Assembly (NCBI GenBank): GCA_963840035.1
Contig: CAWIXE010000003.1
Location: 160,001 to 224,000, forward strand
Source of the DNA: a candidate division FCPU426 bacterium
GTDB taxonomy: Bacteria > Oederibacteriota > PGYV01 > Palsa-1178
Direction of reading: 5' to 3'
Length of the DNA: 64,000 nt
The position numbers and the translations under genes were made by a program. How positions within the stretch are numbered: the stretch's first letter is position 1; the number at the start of each line of letters is the position of its first letter. This document shows, piece by piece, positions 50,045 to 59,885 of the stretch. The notes below the pieces were generated by a model that was given only the letters and a program-made list of their open reading frames with translations, had not been told where the DNA came from and did not search any database.

Positions 50045-53000
50045 ATGCGCAATACGTTTTTTTCATTTCTTTTTGTAATTCTTTCCGGTTTTTTCTCACT
50101 TGTTTATGCTTCATCTGAAGTCAGGAATCTTTCTGTCACGGGCGGGTGCTATTCGCCGGGGCAGATAATCACTGTTTCATTTGAGGTAAGGTCAAATGGC
50201 GCGTATCAGAACATATACGGCGACATACTTTTTTCAGGCAACAATACCGCGGAATATAACGACGACTGCGTATGGTCGGACACAGGCGCAAACAATCCGC
50301 CCAATGCCTCCGGGCACAACGGCGGTTTCTTTGTAAGCCAGGGTGCGGTTGCAAGCCAGTGGATAGCGAAAAGCTATCAGGTTACAGTTCCGGCCGGTTA
50401 CACGGGGGCCAAATACATCATAGTAAATGTTGCCGACAATTACCTGCAGTTATTCAACTGGGGAAGTCATATAGAAGCAAGCGCAAACTTGAGCGTAACC
50501 TCATGCGCTGTCACTGCTACACCGACGGGTACTGCGACAGGCACAGTTACAGTGTCACCGACTGTTTCACCGACGGCAGATTGCGGATGGAAGTATGTCG
50601 GGCCGGCGGATTTAATCTACGGGGAATTCAGCAATTACTCGGGCAAATCCATGTATGTATATAACGGCACACCATATGTTGTCTATGAGAATGTATTATC
50701 AAGCCCGCGCACGCTGACAGTAAAGAAATTTGACGGGACAAACTGGATACTGGTGGGGCCGGCTGAATTCGCTTCGCCCGCCGAGCCCAACGCCGGGTTC
50801 CCTGTAATATTCGTGGATAACGGCACGCCGTACGTGGCATATGCCGGCGACGTCAGCGAGCCGGTGGTAATGAAATATAACAGCGCAACTTTAAGCTGGG
50901 ATACTATAGGAACAATAATACCTACGGCCTGGGCGGTGCAAAATCCGTCGTTGTATGTTTATAACGGGATTCCATACCTTGCGTTCCAGGACGGGAAAAA
51001 CGGCTACAAGGCAACAGTAATAACTTATAACGGCAGCAGCTGGGTGCTGGCCGGAGGAACGCCGGCTTCTTCCACAACGACAGGAATACATGTCCATGAG
51101 ACATATCCGATGTATTTTGAGGGCACCACATGGCTGTATGTAAACGGCGGAACGCCGTACGTGGCATTTGAGGACGGCGCGAATGCAGGAAGAGTGACGG
51201 TAAAGATGTTAAGCGGCGGCAGCTGGGTTACAGTAGGGGCAGCCGGATTCTCTACAGGAGCGGCTACATGGGTTTCGATGTCGTTTGACGGCGGGACGCC
51301 ATATGTGTCATTCATAGACGGAGCAAATTCAAATAAAGTCACGGTCATGAAGTATACAAGCTCAGGATGGGTAACTGTAGGAACAGCAGGATTCTCTGAG
51401 TCGGCTGTCAGCTATCCTTCAATATCCGCTTATGGAGGAGTTCCGTATGTGGCGTATTTCACCAGGGACGCAGTCACGAACGCGGAGAAATCAGTGGTCA
51501 TGAAATACAACGCAGTCACAAACAGCTGGGACATGGTCGGCAGCGCGCCGTTTTTTGGGTTAACAGACGCGTACATATCACTGCAGGTGTCCAATGACGT
51601 GCCTTATGTTGCATTCCAGAACTGGGAAACAAATTACAACTCGGTGATGAAGTATGATTGTTCAGGCACGGCAACACCGACGGCCACCGTAACAGGGACG
51701 ACAACTGTGACCGTGACTGTGACGGCAACTCCGACAGAAACAGCGACAACAACCGGAAGGATCAGGAATATTTCCATATCGGGAGGTTGTTATACTCCCG
51801 GGCAGACGATTACCGTATCATTTGAGGTCAGGTCAGGCACTGCGTATCAGAACATATACGGTGACATACTTTTTTCAAACAATAATACGGCGGAATACAC
51901 CGATGACTGCGTATGGTCTGCTTCCGGCGAGAATAACCCGCCGGATACGGACGGCCATGATGGCGGTTTTCTTGTAAGCCAGGGCGCTGTTGCAAATCAG
52001 TGGATAGCGGTGAGCAAACAGATCACAGTGCCTGCGGGTTATGCGGGCAGCAAATACCTGATAATCGATATCGCTGATAATTACCTTCAGTTATACAATT
52101 GGGGAAGCCATATAGAAGCAAGCTCGGCCATTTTCGTTGATATGTGTCCTGTCATAACGCCAAGCGTGACAATAACCGGGACAGAAACAGTGACCGGGAC
52201 AGAAACAGCGACCGGGACAGAAACAGCGACCGGGACACCTACCGGGAGCGTTACTGTGACCATGACACCGACGCCGGATTGCACGAAGACATGGCAGTAT
52301 GTCGGGCCGGCAAAGCTTATAGACGCCGGATACAGCAATTTTTCAGGCAAATCAATGTATGTATATAACGGTACTCCATATGTGGTATATCAGGATACGG
52401 CGACAAATAAGCTGACGGTGACGAAGTTTGACGGTTCTAATTGGGTGCCTGTTGGGCCGGCTGGATTTGCATCGCCTGCCGAACCTAACGCGGGATTCCC
52501 GGTAATATTCGTAGATAACGGAACGCCGTACGTGGCATATGCAGGCGGGGTAAGCAAGGGGACCGTAATGAAGTACAATTCCGCCACAGATACATGGGAC
52601 ACGGTTGGCGCGGCAGGATTCACATCCGGCGCAATACAAAATCCGTCGCTTTTTGTTTCCGGCGGCACGCCTTACCTTGCGTATCAGGACGCGTCAAACG
52701 GATTTAAGGCAACCGTTATGATGTTCAACGGCAGCAACTGGGTAATGGTCGGAAGCCCGGCTTCTTCAGCCGCAACAGGGATACATGTCCATGAGCCATA
52801 TCCAATGTATTTTGAGAGCGCGTCATGGCTGTATGTCAATGGCGGAACACCGTACGTGGCATTTGAGGACGGCGCGAGCGCAGGCAGGGTAACGGTTAAG
52901 ATGTTCAACGGCAGCAGCTGGGTAAACGTCGGGCCGGCAGGATTCTCCGCAGGCGCTGCCACATGGGTTTCGCTGTCGTTTGACGGAGGGACACCGTATG

Positions 53001-55186
53001 TGTCATTTATAGACGGAGCAAATTCAAATAAAGCAACAGTCATGAAGTACGTAAGCGGAACATGGGTAACCGTAGGGGCCGCGGGATTCTCCGAAGGCGC
53101 CGCAAGCTATCCATCCATTGTTGTTTACGGAGGCGTTCCTTATGTGGCATATTGCACCAAGGATGCCGGAACGTATAAGGATAAATCGGTCGTAGTAAGG
53201 TATAACTCATCGACAAACAGCTGGGATGTGGTTGGAAGCACACCGTTCTACTATGAAACCGCGACATACATAACATTGCAGATATCCAATGATGTGCCTT
53301 ATGTGGCGTATCAAAACTGGGATGAAAATTATAATTCAGTAATGAAGTATGATTGTGAAGGAACGACAGGAACAGCCACAGCAACAGCCACGGAAACTCC
53401 GACCGGCAGCGTAACGGCCACGGAAACTCCGACAGGCAGCGTAACGGCCACGGAAACTCCGACCGGTAGCGTAACGGCCACGGAAACTCCGACCGGCAGC
53501 GTAACAGCCACGGAAACTCCGACAGGCAGCGTAACAGCCACGGAAACTCCGACAGGCAGCGTAACAGCCACGGAAACTCCGACAGGCAGCGTAACAGCCA
53601 CGGAAACTCCGACAGGCAGCGTAACAGCCACGGAAACTCCGACAGGCAGCGTAACAGCCACGGAAACTCCGACAGGCAGCGTAACAGCCACGGAAACTCC
53701 GACAGGCAGCGTAACAGCCACAACGACGCCGACGCCGGATTGCACAAAGGCCTGGCAATATGTCGGCCCTGCGGATTTAATCGACGGGGAGTTCAGCAAT
53801 TACTCAGGCAAATCAATGTATGTGTATAACGGCACACCGTATGTGGTCTATGAGAATGCATTATCAAGCCCGCGCACGCTGACAGTAAAGAAATTTGACG
53901 GGATAAACTGGATACTGGTGGGGCCGGCTGAATTCACTTCGCCTGCCGAGCCCAACGCCGGGTTCCCAGTAATATTCGTGGATAACGGCACGCCGTACGT
54001 GGCATATGCCGGCGACGTCAGTGAGCCGGTGGTAATGAAATATAACAGCGCAACTTTAAGCTGGGATACTATAGGAACAATAATACCTACGGCCTGGGCG
54101 GTGCAAAATCCGTCGTTGTATGTTTATAACGGGATTCCATACCTTGCGTTCCAGGACGGGAAAAACGGATATAAGGCAACAGTAATCACATATAACGGCA
54201 GCGGCTGGGTGCTGGCCGGAGGAACACCTGCTTCTACCACAACGACGGGGATACATGTCCATGAGCCATACCCGATGTATTTTGAGGGCACCACATGGCT
54301 GTATGTAAACGGAGGAACGCCGTACGTGGCATTTGAGGACGGCGCGAACGCAGGCAGGGTTACGGTTAAGATGTTAAGCGGAGGCAGCTGGGTAAACGTC
54401 GGGCTGCCAGGATTTTCCGCAGGCGCGGCTACATGGGTTTCGCTGTCGTTTGACGGAGGAACGCCGTATGTGTCGTTTATGGATGGGACAAATTCAAATA
54501 AAGTTACAGTCATGAAGTATACAAGCTCTGGATGGATAACCGTAGGGACCGCGGGATTCTCTGAAACGGCAGTAAGTTACCCTTCAATATCCGTTTACGG
54601 CGGAGTGCCGTATGTGGCGTATTTCAACAGGGACGCCGTCACGAACACGGAAGAATCGGTAGTCATGAAATATAACGCGGCCACCAACAGCTGGGACATG
54701 GTGGGCAGCACGCCGTTTTTCGGGTTAACAGACGCGTACATATCACTGCAGGTATCCAATGACGTGCCTTATGTGGCATTCCAGAACTGGGAAGAAAACT
54801 ACAACTCGGTGATGAAGTATGATTGCGTAACCTCAACGGCCGGAACCGTAAGCGCGCTTGCCATATCCAAAGAAATGCCGGCCCGTGACGCTTTTAAGAC
54901 GCTGGAGGAAAAAGAAGTATACTCCTACCCGAATCCGAGCACTGGTATTTCGAACATAAGGTTCCCGCTTTCCGGGGCAATGGAAGTAAGCATAAACATA
55001 ACGGACATAAACGACAAACCGGTATGGTCGCGTACTTTAAGCGTGATGGAAACAAGGGCCGGGATAAACACACTGGTCTGGAACGGCTTAAATGCCAGAG
55101 GGTTGTCCGTGTCCAGCGGCGTATATTTAGTTGTGATACAGGCCGGAAATACAAAAGTAACGAAGAAAATAGCGATAGTCAGATAG
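50045..55186 (+). CDS. Large modular secreted protein: two copies of domain A, three beta-propeller-like domains, Thr-rich linkers, T9SS-A/FlgD-Ig-like CTD
   Basis: Signal peptide, internal repeats, C-terminal YSYPNP...WNG...SSGVYLV...KKIAIVR. Confidence 0.88.
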   Translation: MRNTFFSFLFVILSGFFSLVYASSEVRNLSVTGGCYSPGQIITVSFEVRSNGAYQNIYGDILFSGNNTAEYNDDCVWSDTGANNPPNASGHNGGFFVSQGAVASQWIAKSYQVTVPAGYTGAKYIIVNVADNYLQLFNWGSHIEASANLSVTSCAVTATPTGTATGTVTVSPTVSPTADCGWKYVGPADLIYGEFSNYSGKSMYVYNGTPYVVYENVLSSPRTLTVKKFDGTNWILVGPAEFASPAEPNAGFPVIFVDNGTPYVAYAGDVSEPVVMKYNSATLSWDTIGTIIPTAWAVQNPSLYVYNGIPYLAFQDGKNGYKATVITYNGSSWVLAGGTPASSTTTGIHVHETYPMYFEGTTWLYVNGGTPYVAFEDGANAGRVTVKMLSGGSWVTVGAAGFSTGAATWVSMSFDGGTPYVSFIDGANSNKVTVMKYTSSGWVTVGTAGFSESAVSYPSISAYGGVPYVAYFTRDAVTNAEKSVVMKYNAVTNSWDMVGSAPFFGLTDAYISLQVSNDVPYVAFQNWETNYNSVMKYDCSGTATPTATVTGTTTVTVTVTATPTETATTTGRIRNISISGGCYTPGQTITVSFEVRSGTAYQNIYGDILFSNNNTAEYTDDCVWSASGENNPPDTDGHDGGFLVSQGAVANQWIAVSKQITVPAGYAGSKYLIIDIADNYLQLYNWGSHIEASSAIFVDMCPVITPSVTITGTETVTGTETATGTETATGTPTGSVTVTMTPTPDCTKTWQYVGPAKLIDAGYSNFSGKSMYVYNGTPYVVYQDTATNKLTVTKFDGSNWVPVGPAGFASPAEPNAGFPVIFVDNGTPYVAYAGGVSKGTVMKYNSATDTWDTVGAAGFTSGAIQNPSLFVSGGTPYLAYQDASNGFKATVMMFNGSNWVMVGSPASSAATGIHVHEPYPMYFESASWLYVNGGTPYVAFEDGASAGRVTVKMFNGSSWVNVGPAGFSAGAATWVSLSFDGGTPYVSFIDGANSNKATVMKYVSGTWVTVGAAGFSEGAASYPSIVVYGGVPYVAYCTKDAGTYKDKSVVVRYNSSTNSWDVVGSTPFYYETATYITLQISNDVPYVAYQNWDENYNSVMKYDCEGTTGTATATATETPTGSVTATETPTGSVTATETPTGSVTATETPTGSVTATETPTGSVTATETPTGSVTATETPTGSVTATETPTGSVTATETPTGSVTATETPTGSVTATETPTGSVTATTTPTPDCTKAWQYVGPADLIDGEFSNYSGKSMYVYNGTPYVVYENALSSPRTLTVKKFDGINWILVGPAEFTSPAEPNAGFPVIFVDNGTPYVAYAGDVSEPVVMKYNSATLSWDTIGTIIPTAWAVQNPSLYVYNGIPYLAFQDGKNGYKATVITYNGSGWVLAGGTPASTTTTGIHVHEPYPMYFEGTTWLYVNGGTPYVAFEDGANAGRVTVKMLSGGSWVNVGLPGFSAGAATWVSLSFDGGTPYVSFMDGTNSNKVTVMKYTSSGWITVGTAGFSETAVSYPSISVYGGVPYVAYFNRDAVTNTEESVVMKYNAATNSWDMVGSTPFFGLTDAYISLQVSNDVPYVAFQNWEENYNSVMKYDCVTSTAGTVSALAISKEMPARDAFKTLEEKEVYSYPNPSTGISNIRFPLSGAMEVSINITDINDKPVWSRTLSVMETRAGINTLVWNGLNARGLSVSSGVYLVVIQAGNTKVTKKIAIVR
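53384..53720 (+). repeat. 30-bp coding VNTR, 11 units of TATETPTGSV
   Basis: cggaaactcc recurs every 30 bp from 53391 to 53691. Confidence 0.95.
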
Positions 55187-55200
55187 AAAGAGCACTACAC

Positions 55201-55232
55201 AAAAAGGCCGGGCTTTAAGCCCGGCCTTTTTT
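55201..55232 (+). terminator. Intrinsic (bidirectional) terminator
   Basis: aaaaaggccgggct-tta-agcccggcctttttt. Confidence 0.85.
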
Positions 55233-55274
55233 GTGTTTTATGAGAGTTGTGCATAATTATGCCTAAGGTAATCC

Positions 55275-56485
55275 TAAAAAGTGTAAGATGAAATGCACCA
55301 TCTGAGTAAATAAGAAGTCCCACCAAGCACTTGTGTTATTATGTTGTTTGCGAAGACACCATAAAAAACACGAGGTGAATGATGGGACAAGTCAAGATTA
55401 CCACAAGGGACAGGAAAAACAAGTATTTAAGTTTAAAAGAACGGTACCAGATTGAGGCTCTGCGCGATAAGAAGTTTACTGGGCGTGAGATAGCTGAACA
55501 ACTTGGAAGAGACCCAAGCACGATAAATCGTGAGATAAAAAGAGGTTCTGTAATACAGACGGATTGGGAACTCAAAGAGAGATTGGTATATAGGGCCGAT
55601 CATGGACAGCTGGACTATGATGAAAAACAAAAGAACAAAGGACGCCCGTTAAAGATCGGGTTTGACCACGAACTAAGCAGGCATATAGAACGGAAGATAA
55701 CGCAGGATAAGTATTCGCCGGCAGCAGTAATAGGCGAAATAATGCGAACCAAGCTGGGGTTTAAGACATATCTGTGCATAAAGACAGTTTACAATTATAT
55801 ACATTCCGGTGTGTTTGCAGGTGTTGGAGAAGCAGAACTGGTATATGGAGGAAGGCGTAAAAAGAAGTATCGGAAGGTCGGAAAAGTAAATAGAAGCAGG
55901 CTTTTCAAGAGCATAGAAGAAAGACCAAAGGCGGCAAACGAAAGAACGGAGTATGGTCACTGGGAGATAGATGTTGTTAAGGGTATTAAATGGACAAGAG
56001 CATGTCTTCTGACAATCAGCGAACGTATGACAAGACAGGAAATAATAATTAAGATGAACTGTTGCAAGGTCGAAGAAGTGGACAAGGCGTTGACTGGACT
56101 CGAAAGGACTTATGGCGGTTTGTTTGCCAGGATATTCAAGACGATAACCGCAGACAACGGTTCGGAGTTTCTCGATTGGAGAACCCTTGAAGAGAGTAAA
56201 TTAAAGCCAGGGACAAAAAGGACCATGCTATATTACGCGCATCCTTTCAGTTCTTTTGAAAGAGGAACCAACGAGAATACAAACCGCATAATAAGGCGGT
56301 TCGTACCTAAAGGGACGGATATAGGGGAAGTGTCTGTAGAAACGGTAAAAAAGGCCCAAAATTGGATAAACAACTATCCCAGAGGGATATTTGGATACAA
56401 AACAGCCAACGACATGATAATTCAAAATGCTACAAGAAAAATGTGCGGGATTCAGGGAGTGGTGCATTAAAACTTGCAATTTACC
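55275..56485 (+). mobile_element. IS30-family insertion sequence with imperfect ~26-bp IRs and 15-bp flanking direct repeats
   Basis: IRL taaaaagtgtaagatgaaatgcacca, IRR (reverse complement) ggtaaattgcaagttttaatgcacca. DR tgcctaaggtaatcc at 55260-55274 and 56486-56500. Confidence 0.88.
55379..56470 (+). CDS. IS30-family transposase
   Basis: HTH (ERYQIE...IAEQLGRDPSTINREIKR), DDE motifs GHWEID, DNGSEF, ERGTNENTN. Confidence 0.95.
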   Translation: MMGQVKITTRDRKNKYLSLKERYQIEALRDKKFTGREIAEQLGRDPSTINREIKRGSVIQTDWELKERLVYRADHGQLDYDEKQKNKGRPLKIGFDHELSRHIERKITQDKYSPAAVIGEIMRTKLGFKTYLCIKTVYNYIHSGVFAGVGEAELVYGGRRKKKYRKVGKVNRSRLFKSIEERPKAANERTEYGHWEIDVVKGIKWTRACLLTISERMTRQEIIIKMNCCKVEEVDKALTGLERTYGGLFARIFKTITADNGSEFLDWRTLEESKLKPGTKRTMLYYAHPFSSFERGTNENTNRIIRRFVPKGTDIGEVSVETVKKAQNWINNYPRGIFGYKTANDMIIQNATRKMCGIQGVVH

Positions 56486-56511
56486 TGCCTAAGGTAATCC
56501 CTCTAAAATCA

Positions 56512-56541
56512 TTGAAAACCCCTGTCTTTTTATGATATAAT
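56512..56541 (+). promoter_or_regulatory. Sigma70 promoter of the arg operon
   Basis: TTGAAA-18 nt (TG extension)-TATAAT. Confidence 0.6.
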
Positions 56542-56610
56542 TCAATTTCAAAACATGTTTAGTTTATTTGCTGTTATTGCGTCATAATGGCGGCATATAA
56601 AGGAGAGAAA

Positions 56611-57462
56611 ATGGAACAATTCATAGAAAAAGCGCGGACACTGGTGGAGGCACTGCCTTATATTAAAAAATTCAACGGCGCTACATTTGTCATTAAATAC
56701 GGCGGGAGCGCCATGACTGACCAGAAATATAAGGAACTTTTTATACAGGATGTGGCGTTGCTTAGCTATGTAGGGGTGAAAGTGGTGCTCGTGCACGGCG
56801 GCGGGGAAAATATAAACGAACTGTTAAAAAAACTCGGCAAGAAGCCGGTTTTTGTCGACGGCCACCGTGTGACTGACGCCGAGACCCTTGAAGTCGTCGA
56901 GATGGTTTTAGTCGGCAAGGTAAACAAGGAAATAGTGCGCAACATCAACCTCCACGGGGTAAAGGCCATCGGGATGTCGGGCAAGGACGGGAACCTGATA
57001 ATGGCAAAAAAGAAGAAATCCGCAAATGGCAAGGATATCGGCTTCGTGGGCGAAGTGACAAAGGTAAACACAAAACTGCTGCAGTCCATGGACGAGCAGG
57101 GATATATTACGGTTATCGCGCCGGTCGGCGTGGATGAAAAAGGAAACGGCTATAACATTAACGCGGACACGGTAGCCGGAGCGGTCGCGTCGGCGCTTAA
57201 GGCGGATAAGCTCATTTACTTAACTGATACTGACGGCGTAAAGATAAACGGAAAATACGCCCATTCGATAAAGGTTAAGGACATAGCCAAACACACAAAG
57301 TCAGGCCAGATATCGGGAGGCATGCTTCCCAAGACACAGTCGGCAAAAAGCGCGATTGAGGCCGGAGTAAAAAAAGTGCATATTATAAACGGCACAAAAG
57401 AACACTCGATGCTGCTGGAGATTTTTACAAACGAAGGCATCGGCACGGAGATAGTAAAGTAA
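56611..57462 (+). CDS. argB: Acetylglutamate kinase
   Basis: IKYGGSAM, VHGGG, NINAD, GGMLPK. RBS aaggag before ATG 56611. Confidence 0.95.
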   Translation: MEQFIEKARTLVEALPYIKKFNGATFVIKYGGSAMTDQKYKELFIQDVALLSYVGVKVVLVHGGGENINELLKKLGKKPVFVDGHRVTDAETLEVVEMVLVGKVNKEIVRNINLHGVKAIGMSGKDGNLIMAKKKKSANGKDIGFVGEVTKVNTKLLQSMDEQGYITVIAPVGVDEKGNGYNINADTVAGAVASALKADKLIYLTDTDGVKINGKYAHSIKVKDIAKHTKSGQISGGMLPKTQSAKSAIEAGVKKVHIINGTKEHSMLLEIFTNEGIGTEIVK

Positions 57463-57575
57463 GAGGGATAGCGAGACAAGAGATTGGAGATAGGAGTAAG
57501 GATGTAACGTTTTATTGATTTACTTTTGTCTCCAGTCTCCTGTCTCTTATACTCAATGTATTATGAGGAGCTCAC

Positions 57576-58748
57576 ATGAACACTAAGGAAGTGAAGGACA
57601 TGGACAAAGACTACATAGGCAACACCTACAAGCGCTACGACGTAGTATTTGAGAGCGGAAACGGCTCCGTTATCACGGATAAGGACGGGAAAAAGTATAT
57701 TGACCTTTTTTCAGGCGTGGCTGTTAACGCGCTGGGCTACAACAACAAGGCTATAAACGCCGCCATCATGAAGCAGGCGAAGAAATACATACATCTATCC
57801 AACCACTTTTACTCTGAGCCGCAGGCACAGCTCGCGAAAATGATAGTTGAAAATTCCTTCGGTTCAAAAGTGTTTTATGTAAACACCGGGGCTGAAGCCA
57901 ATGAAGTTGCCATGAAGATTGCCCGCAAATGGGGCATTCTGCATAAGGACCGCGCCAATAAGATAATTTCATTCTATAATTCCTTCCACGGCCGCACAGT
58001 GGCTGCATTAACCGCCACGGCGCAGGAAAAGTTCCATAAATATTTAAACCCGGTAATGCCGTGCCATGTTTACGCGAAGTTCAATGATTTAAATGACGTG
58101 AAGTCAAAAATAGACAACCAGACCTGCGCCATACTTGTGGAGCCTGTCCAGGCGGAAGGCGGAATATTTACCCCTGAACCCGGTTTTTTAAAGGGGCTGC
58201 GGGACCTTTGCGAAAAGAATAATATCCTGTTAATATACGACGAGGTCCAGTCAGGCATGGGGCGCCTCGGAAAGATGTTCGGTTATGAGGTTTACGGGGC
58301 AAAGCCTGATATCATGACCCTTGCGAAGTCGCTTGGTGGCGGACTGCCGCTCGCGGCCGTAGTGCTCGATAAAAAGGTTGAACATGTCTATACTTACGGT
58401 GACCACGGTACGACCATGGGCGGGAACCCGGTGGCGTGCGCCGCTGGTAAAGTGGTTTTTAATACCGTCAATAAACCCGCTTTTTTAAAGTCAGTCAGAC
58501 AAAAAGGCAGCTTCATAATATCGCAGGTAAAAAAATGGAATAACCCGAAGATAACCGAAATACGCGGAACAGGGCTTTTAATAGGGCTGCAGTTAAAAGA
58601 AGGCGCTTCTGACGCTGTGGCGCGCGCTTTAAAGGCCGGCCTCATCATTAACGCCACAGGACATGAGACGGTGCGCGTGGAACCGCCTTTAAACATACCC
58701 ATGCCGGTATTAAAAAAAGGGCTGGAGATTTTGAAGAAAGTAATTTAA
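57576..58748 (+). CDS. argD: Acetylornithine aminotransferase
   Basis: FHGRT, DEVQSG, AKSLGGG, HGTTMGGNP. Confidence 0.93.
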   Translation: MNTKEVKDMDKDYIGNTYKRYDVVFESGNGSVITDKDGKKYIDLFSGVAVNALGYNNKAINAAIMKQAKKYIHLSNHFYSEPQAQLAKMIVENSFGSKVFYVNTGAEANEVAMKIARKWGILHKDRANKIISFYNSFHGRTVAALTATAQEKFHKYLNPVMPCHVYAKFNDLNDVKSKIDNQTCAILVEPVQAEGGIFTPEPGFLKGLRDLCEKNNILLIYDEVQSGMGRLGKMFGYEVYGAKPDIMTLAKSLGGGLPLAAVVLDKKVEHVYTYGDHGTTMGGNPVACAAGKVVFNTVNKPAFLKSVRQKGSFIISQVKKWNNPKITEIRGTGLLIGLQLKEGASDAVARALKAGLIINATGHETVRVEPPLNIPMPVLKKGLEILKKVI

Positions 58749-58798
58749 ATTACCAATTACTAATTACTAATTACTAATGACCAATAAAGGAGCAAAAA

Positions 58799-59740
58799 AT
58801 GGCTATTACACGTTTGTCAAAGAAGGACTTAATTTCCATACTGGATCTCAGTAAGGAAGAACTTGAGCTTATATTAAATGTTGCGGAAGTGCTGCGCGAA
58901 AAGTGGCGGGCAAAGGAAATGTTCATGCCTCTGCTTGGCAAGGCGCTTGGCATGATATTTACCAAGTCGTCCACAAGGACGCGCGTTTCATTTGAAATGG
59001 GAATGTTCCACCTGGGAGGAGCCGCCATATTTTTAAGCCCTTCTGAGACCCAGCTTGGCCGCGGCGAATCCATAGCCGACACGGCGCGCGTGCTCTCGCG
59101 CTATGTGGACGGGCTTATGATCAGGACTTACGCGCATAAGGATGTAGTCGAGCTTGCAGAGAACGCGACAGTACCGGTCATAAACGGCCTGACTGATGAC
59201 GAGCATCCGTGCCAGATTATCGCGGACATCCTTACCATAAAGGATAAGAAGAAAGTGCTGAAAGGCCTGAAAGTCGCGTACATAGGCGATGGAAACAACG
59301 TATGCAACTCGTGGCTTTACGCGGCGCCTAAAGCTGACTTAAACATAACCGTGGCCAGCCCCAAAGGATACATGCCGGCAGAGAAAGTTGTGGCAAAGGC
59401 AAAGGAACTCGCGGCCCAGTCAAAGACGCAGGTAATAATTACCGAGTCGCCTGATGAGGCGGTAAAGGACGCGGATGTTATATATACCGATGTGTGGACA
59501 AGCATGGGACAGGAAGCGGAAAGCATAAAAAGGAAAAAGGATTTCGCGGCTTACCAGATAAATGCCGCGCTCGTAAAAAAAGCGAAAAAAGACTGCCTCG
59601 TGATGCACTGCCTTCCGGCGCACAGAGGCGAGGAAATAACCGACGAAGTAATGGACGGCCCGAACTCCGTGGTTTTTGACGAGGCGGAAAACAGGATGCA
59701 CGCGCAGAAGGCGATACTTGCGCTGTTGATGGCGAATTAA
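58799..59740 (+). CDS. argF: Ornithine carbamoyltransferase
   Basis: STRT, HPCQ, SMG, HCLP. Confidence 0.96.
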   Translation: MAITRLSKKDLISILDLSKEELELILNVAEVLREKWRAKEMFMPLLGKALGMIFTKSSTRTRVSFEMGMFHLGGAAIFLSPSETQLGRGESIADTARVLSRYVDGLMIRTYAHKDVVELAENATVPVINGLTDDEHPCQIIADILTIKDKKKVLKGLKVAYIGDGNNVCNSWLYAAPKADLNITVASPKGYMPAEKVVAKAKELAAQSKTQVIITESPDEAVKDADVIYTDVWTSMGQEAESIKRKKDFAAYQINAALVKKAKKDCLVMHCLPAHRGEEITDEVMDGPNSVVFDEAENRMHAQKAILALLMAN

Positions 59741-59860
59741 AGGCGGTCTCAGGTAAGGCGGTCTCTGATAAGACGGTTCATCTGAGACGGTTCACTTGAG
59801 ACGGTTCATCTGAGACGGTTCACCTGAGACGCCTCACCTGAGACGTACCTATTGAGACTA
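59741..59860. repeat. 14-bp-period intergenic repeat with an inverted 5' arm
   Basis: (a/g)agac at 59770, 59784, 59798, 59812, 59826, 59840 and 59854. aggcggtctcaggt pairs with acctgagacgcct. Confidence 0.85.
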
Positions 59861-59885
59861 AACACTGACATAAAGGAGAAACATA

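Noticed and set aside
53040..53799. Repetitive minus-strand ORFs (LLRCLSEFPW, AVTLPVGVSV, CYAACRSFRG)
   Set aside because: They are alternative frames of the 30-bp VNTR.
50578..54826. Diversity-generating retroelement TR/VR pair in the near-identical B domains
   Set aside because: Both copies are in-frame coding domains, the differences are not confined to adenines, and no reverse transcriptase is present.
55246..55273. dif-like Xer site (gttgtgcataa-ttatgc-ctaaggtaatc)
   Set aside because: The left arm resembles the XerC arm but the right arm matches XerD consensus poorly. The central palindrome is better explained as an operator.
59741..59860. Mini-CRISPR or replication iterons
   Set aside because: The 14-bp units are contiguous without spacers, lie inside the arg operon, and have no rep gene nearby.
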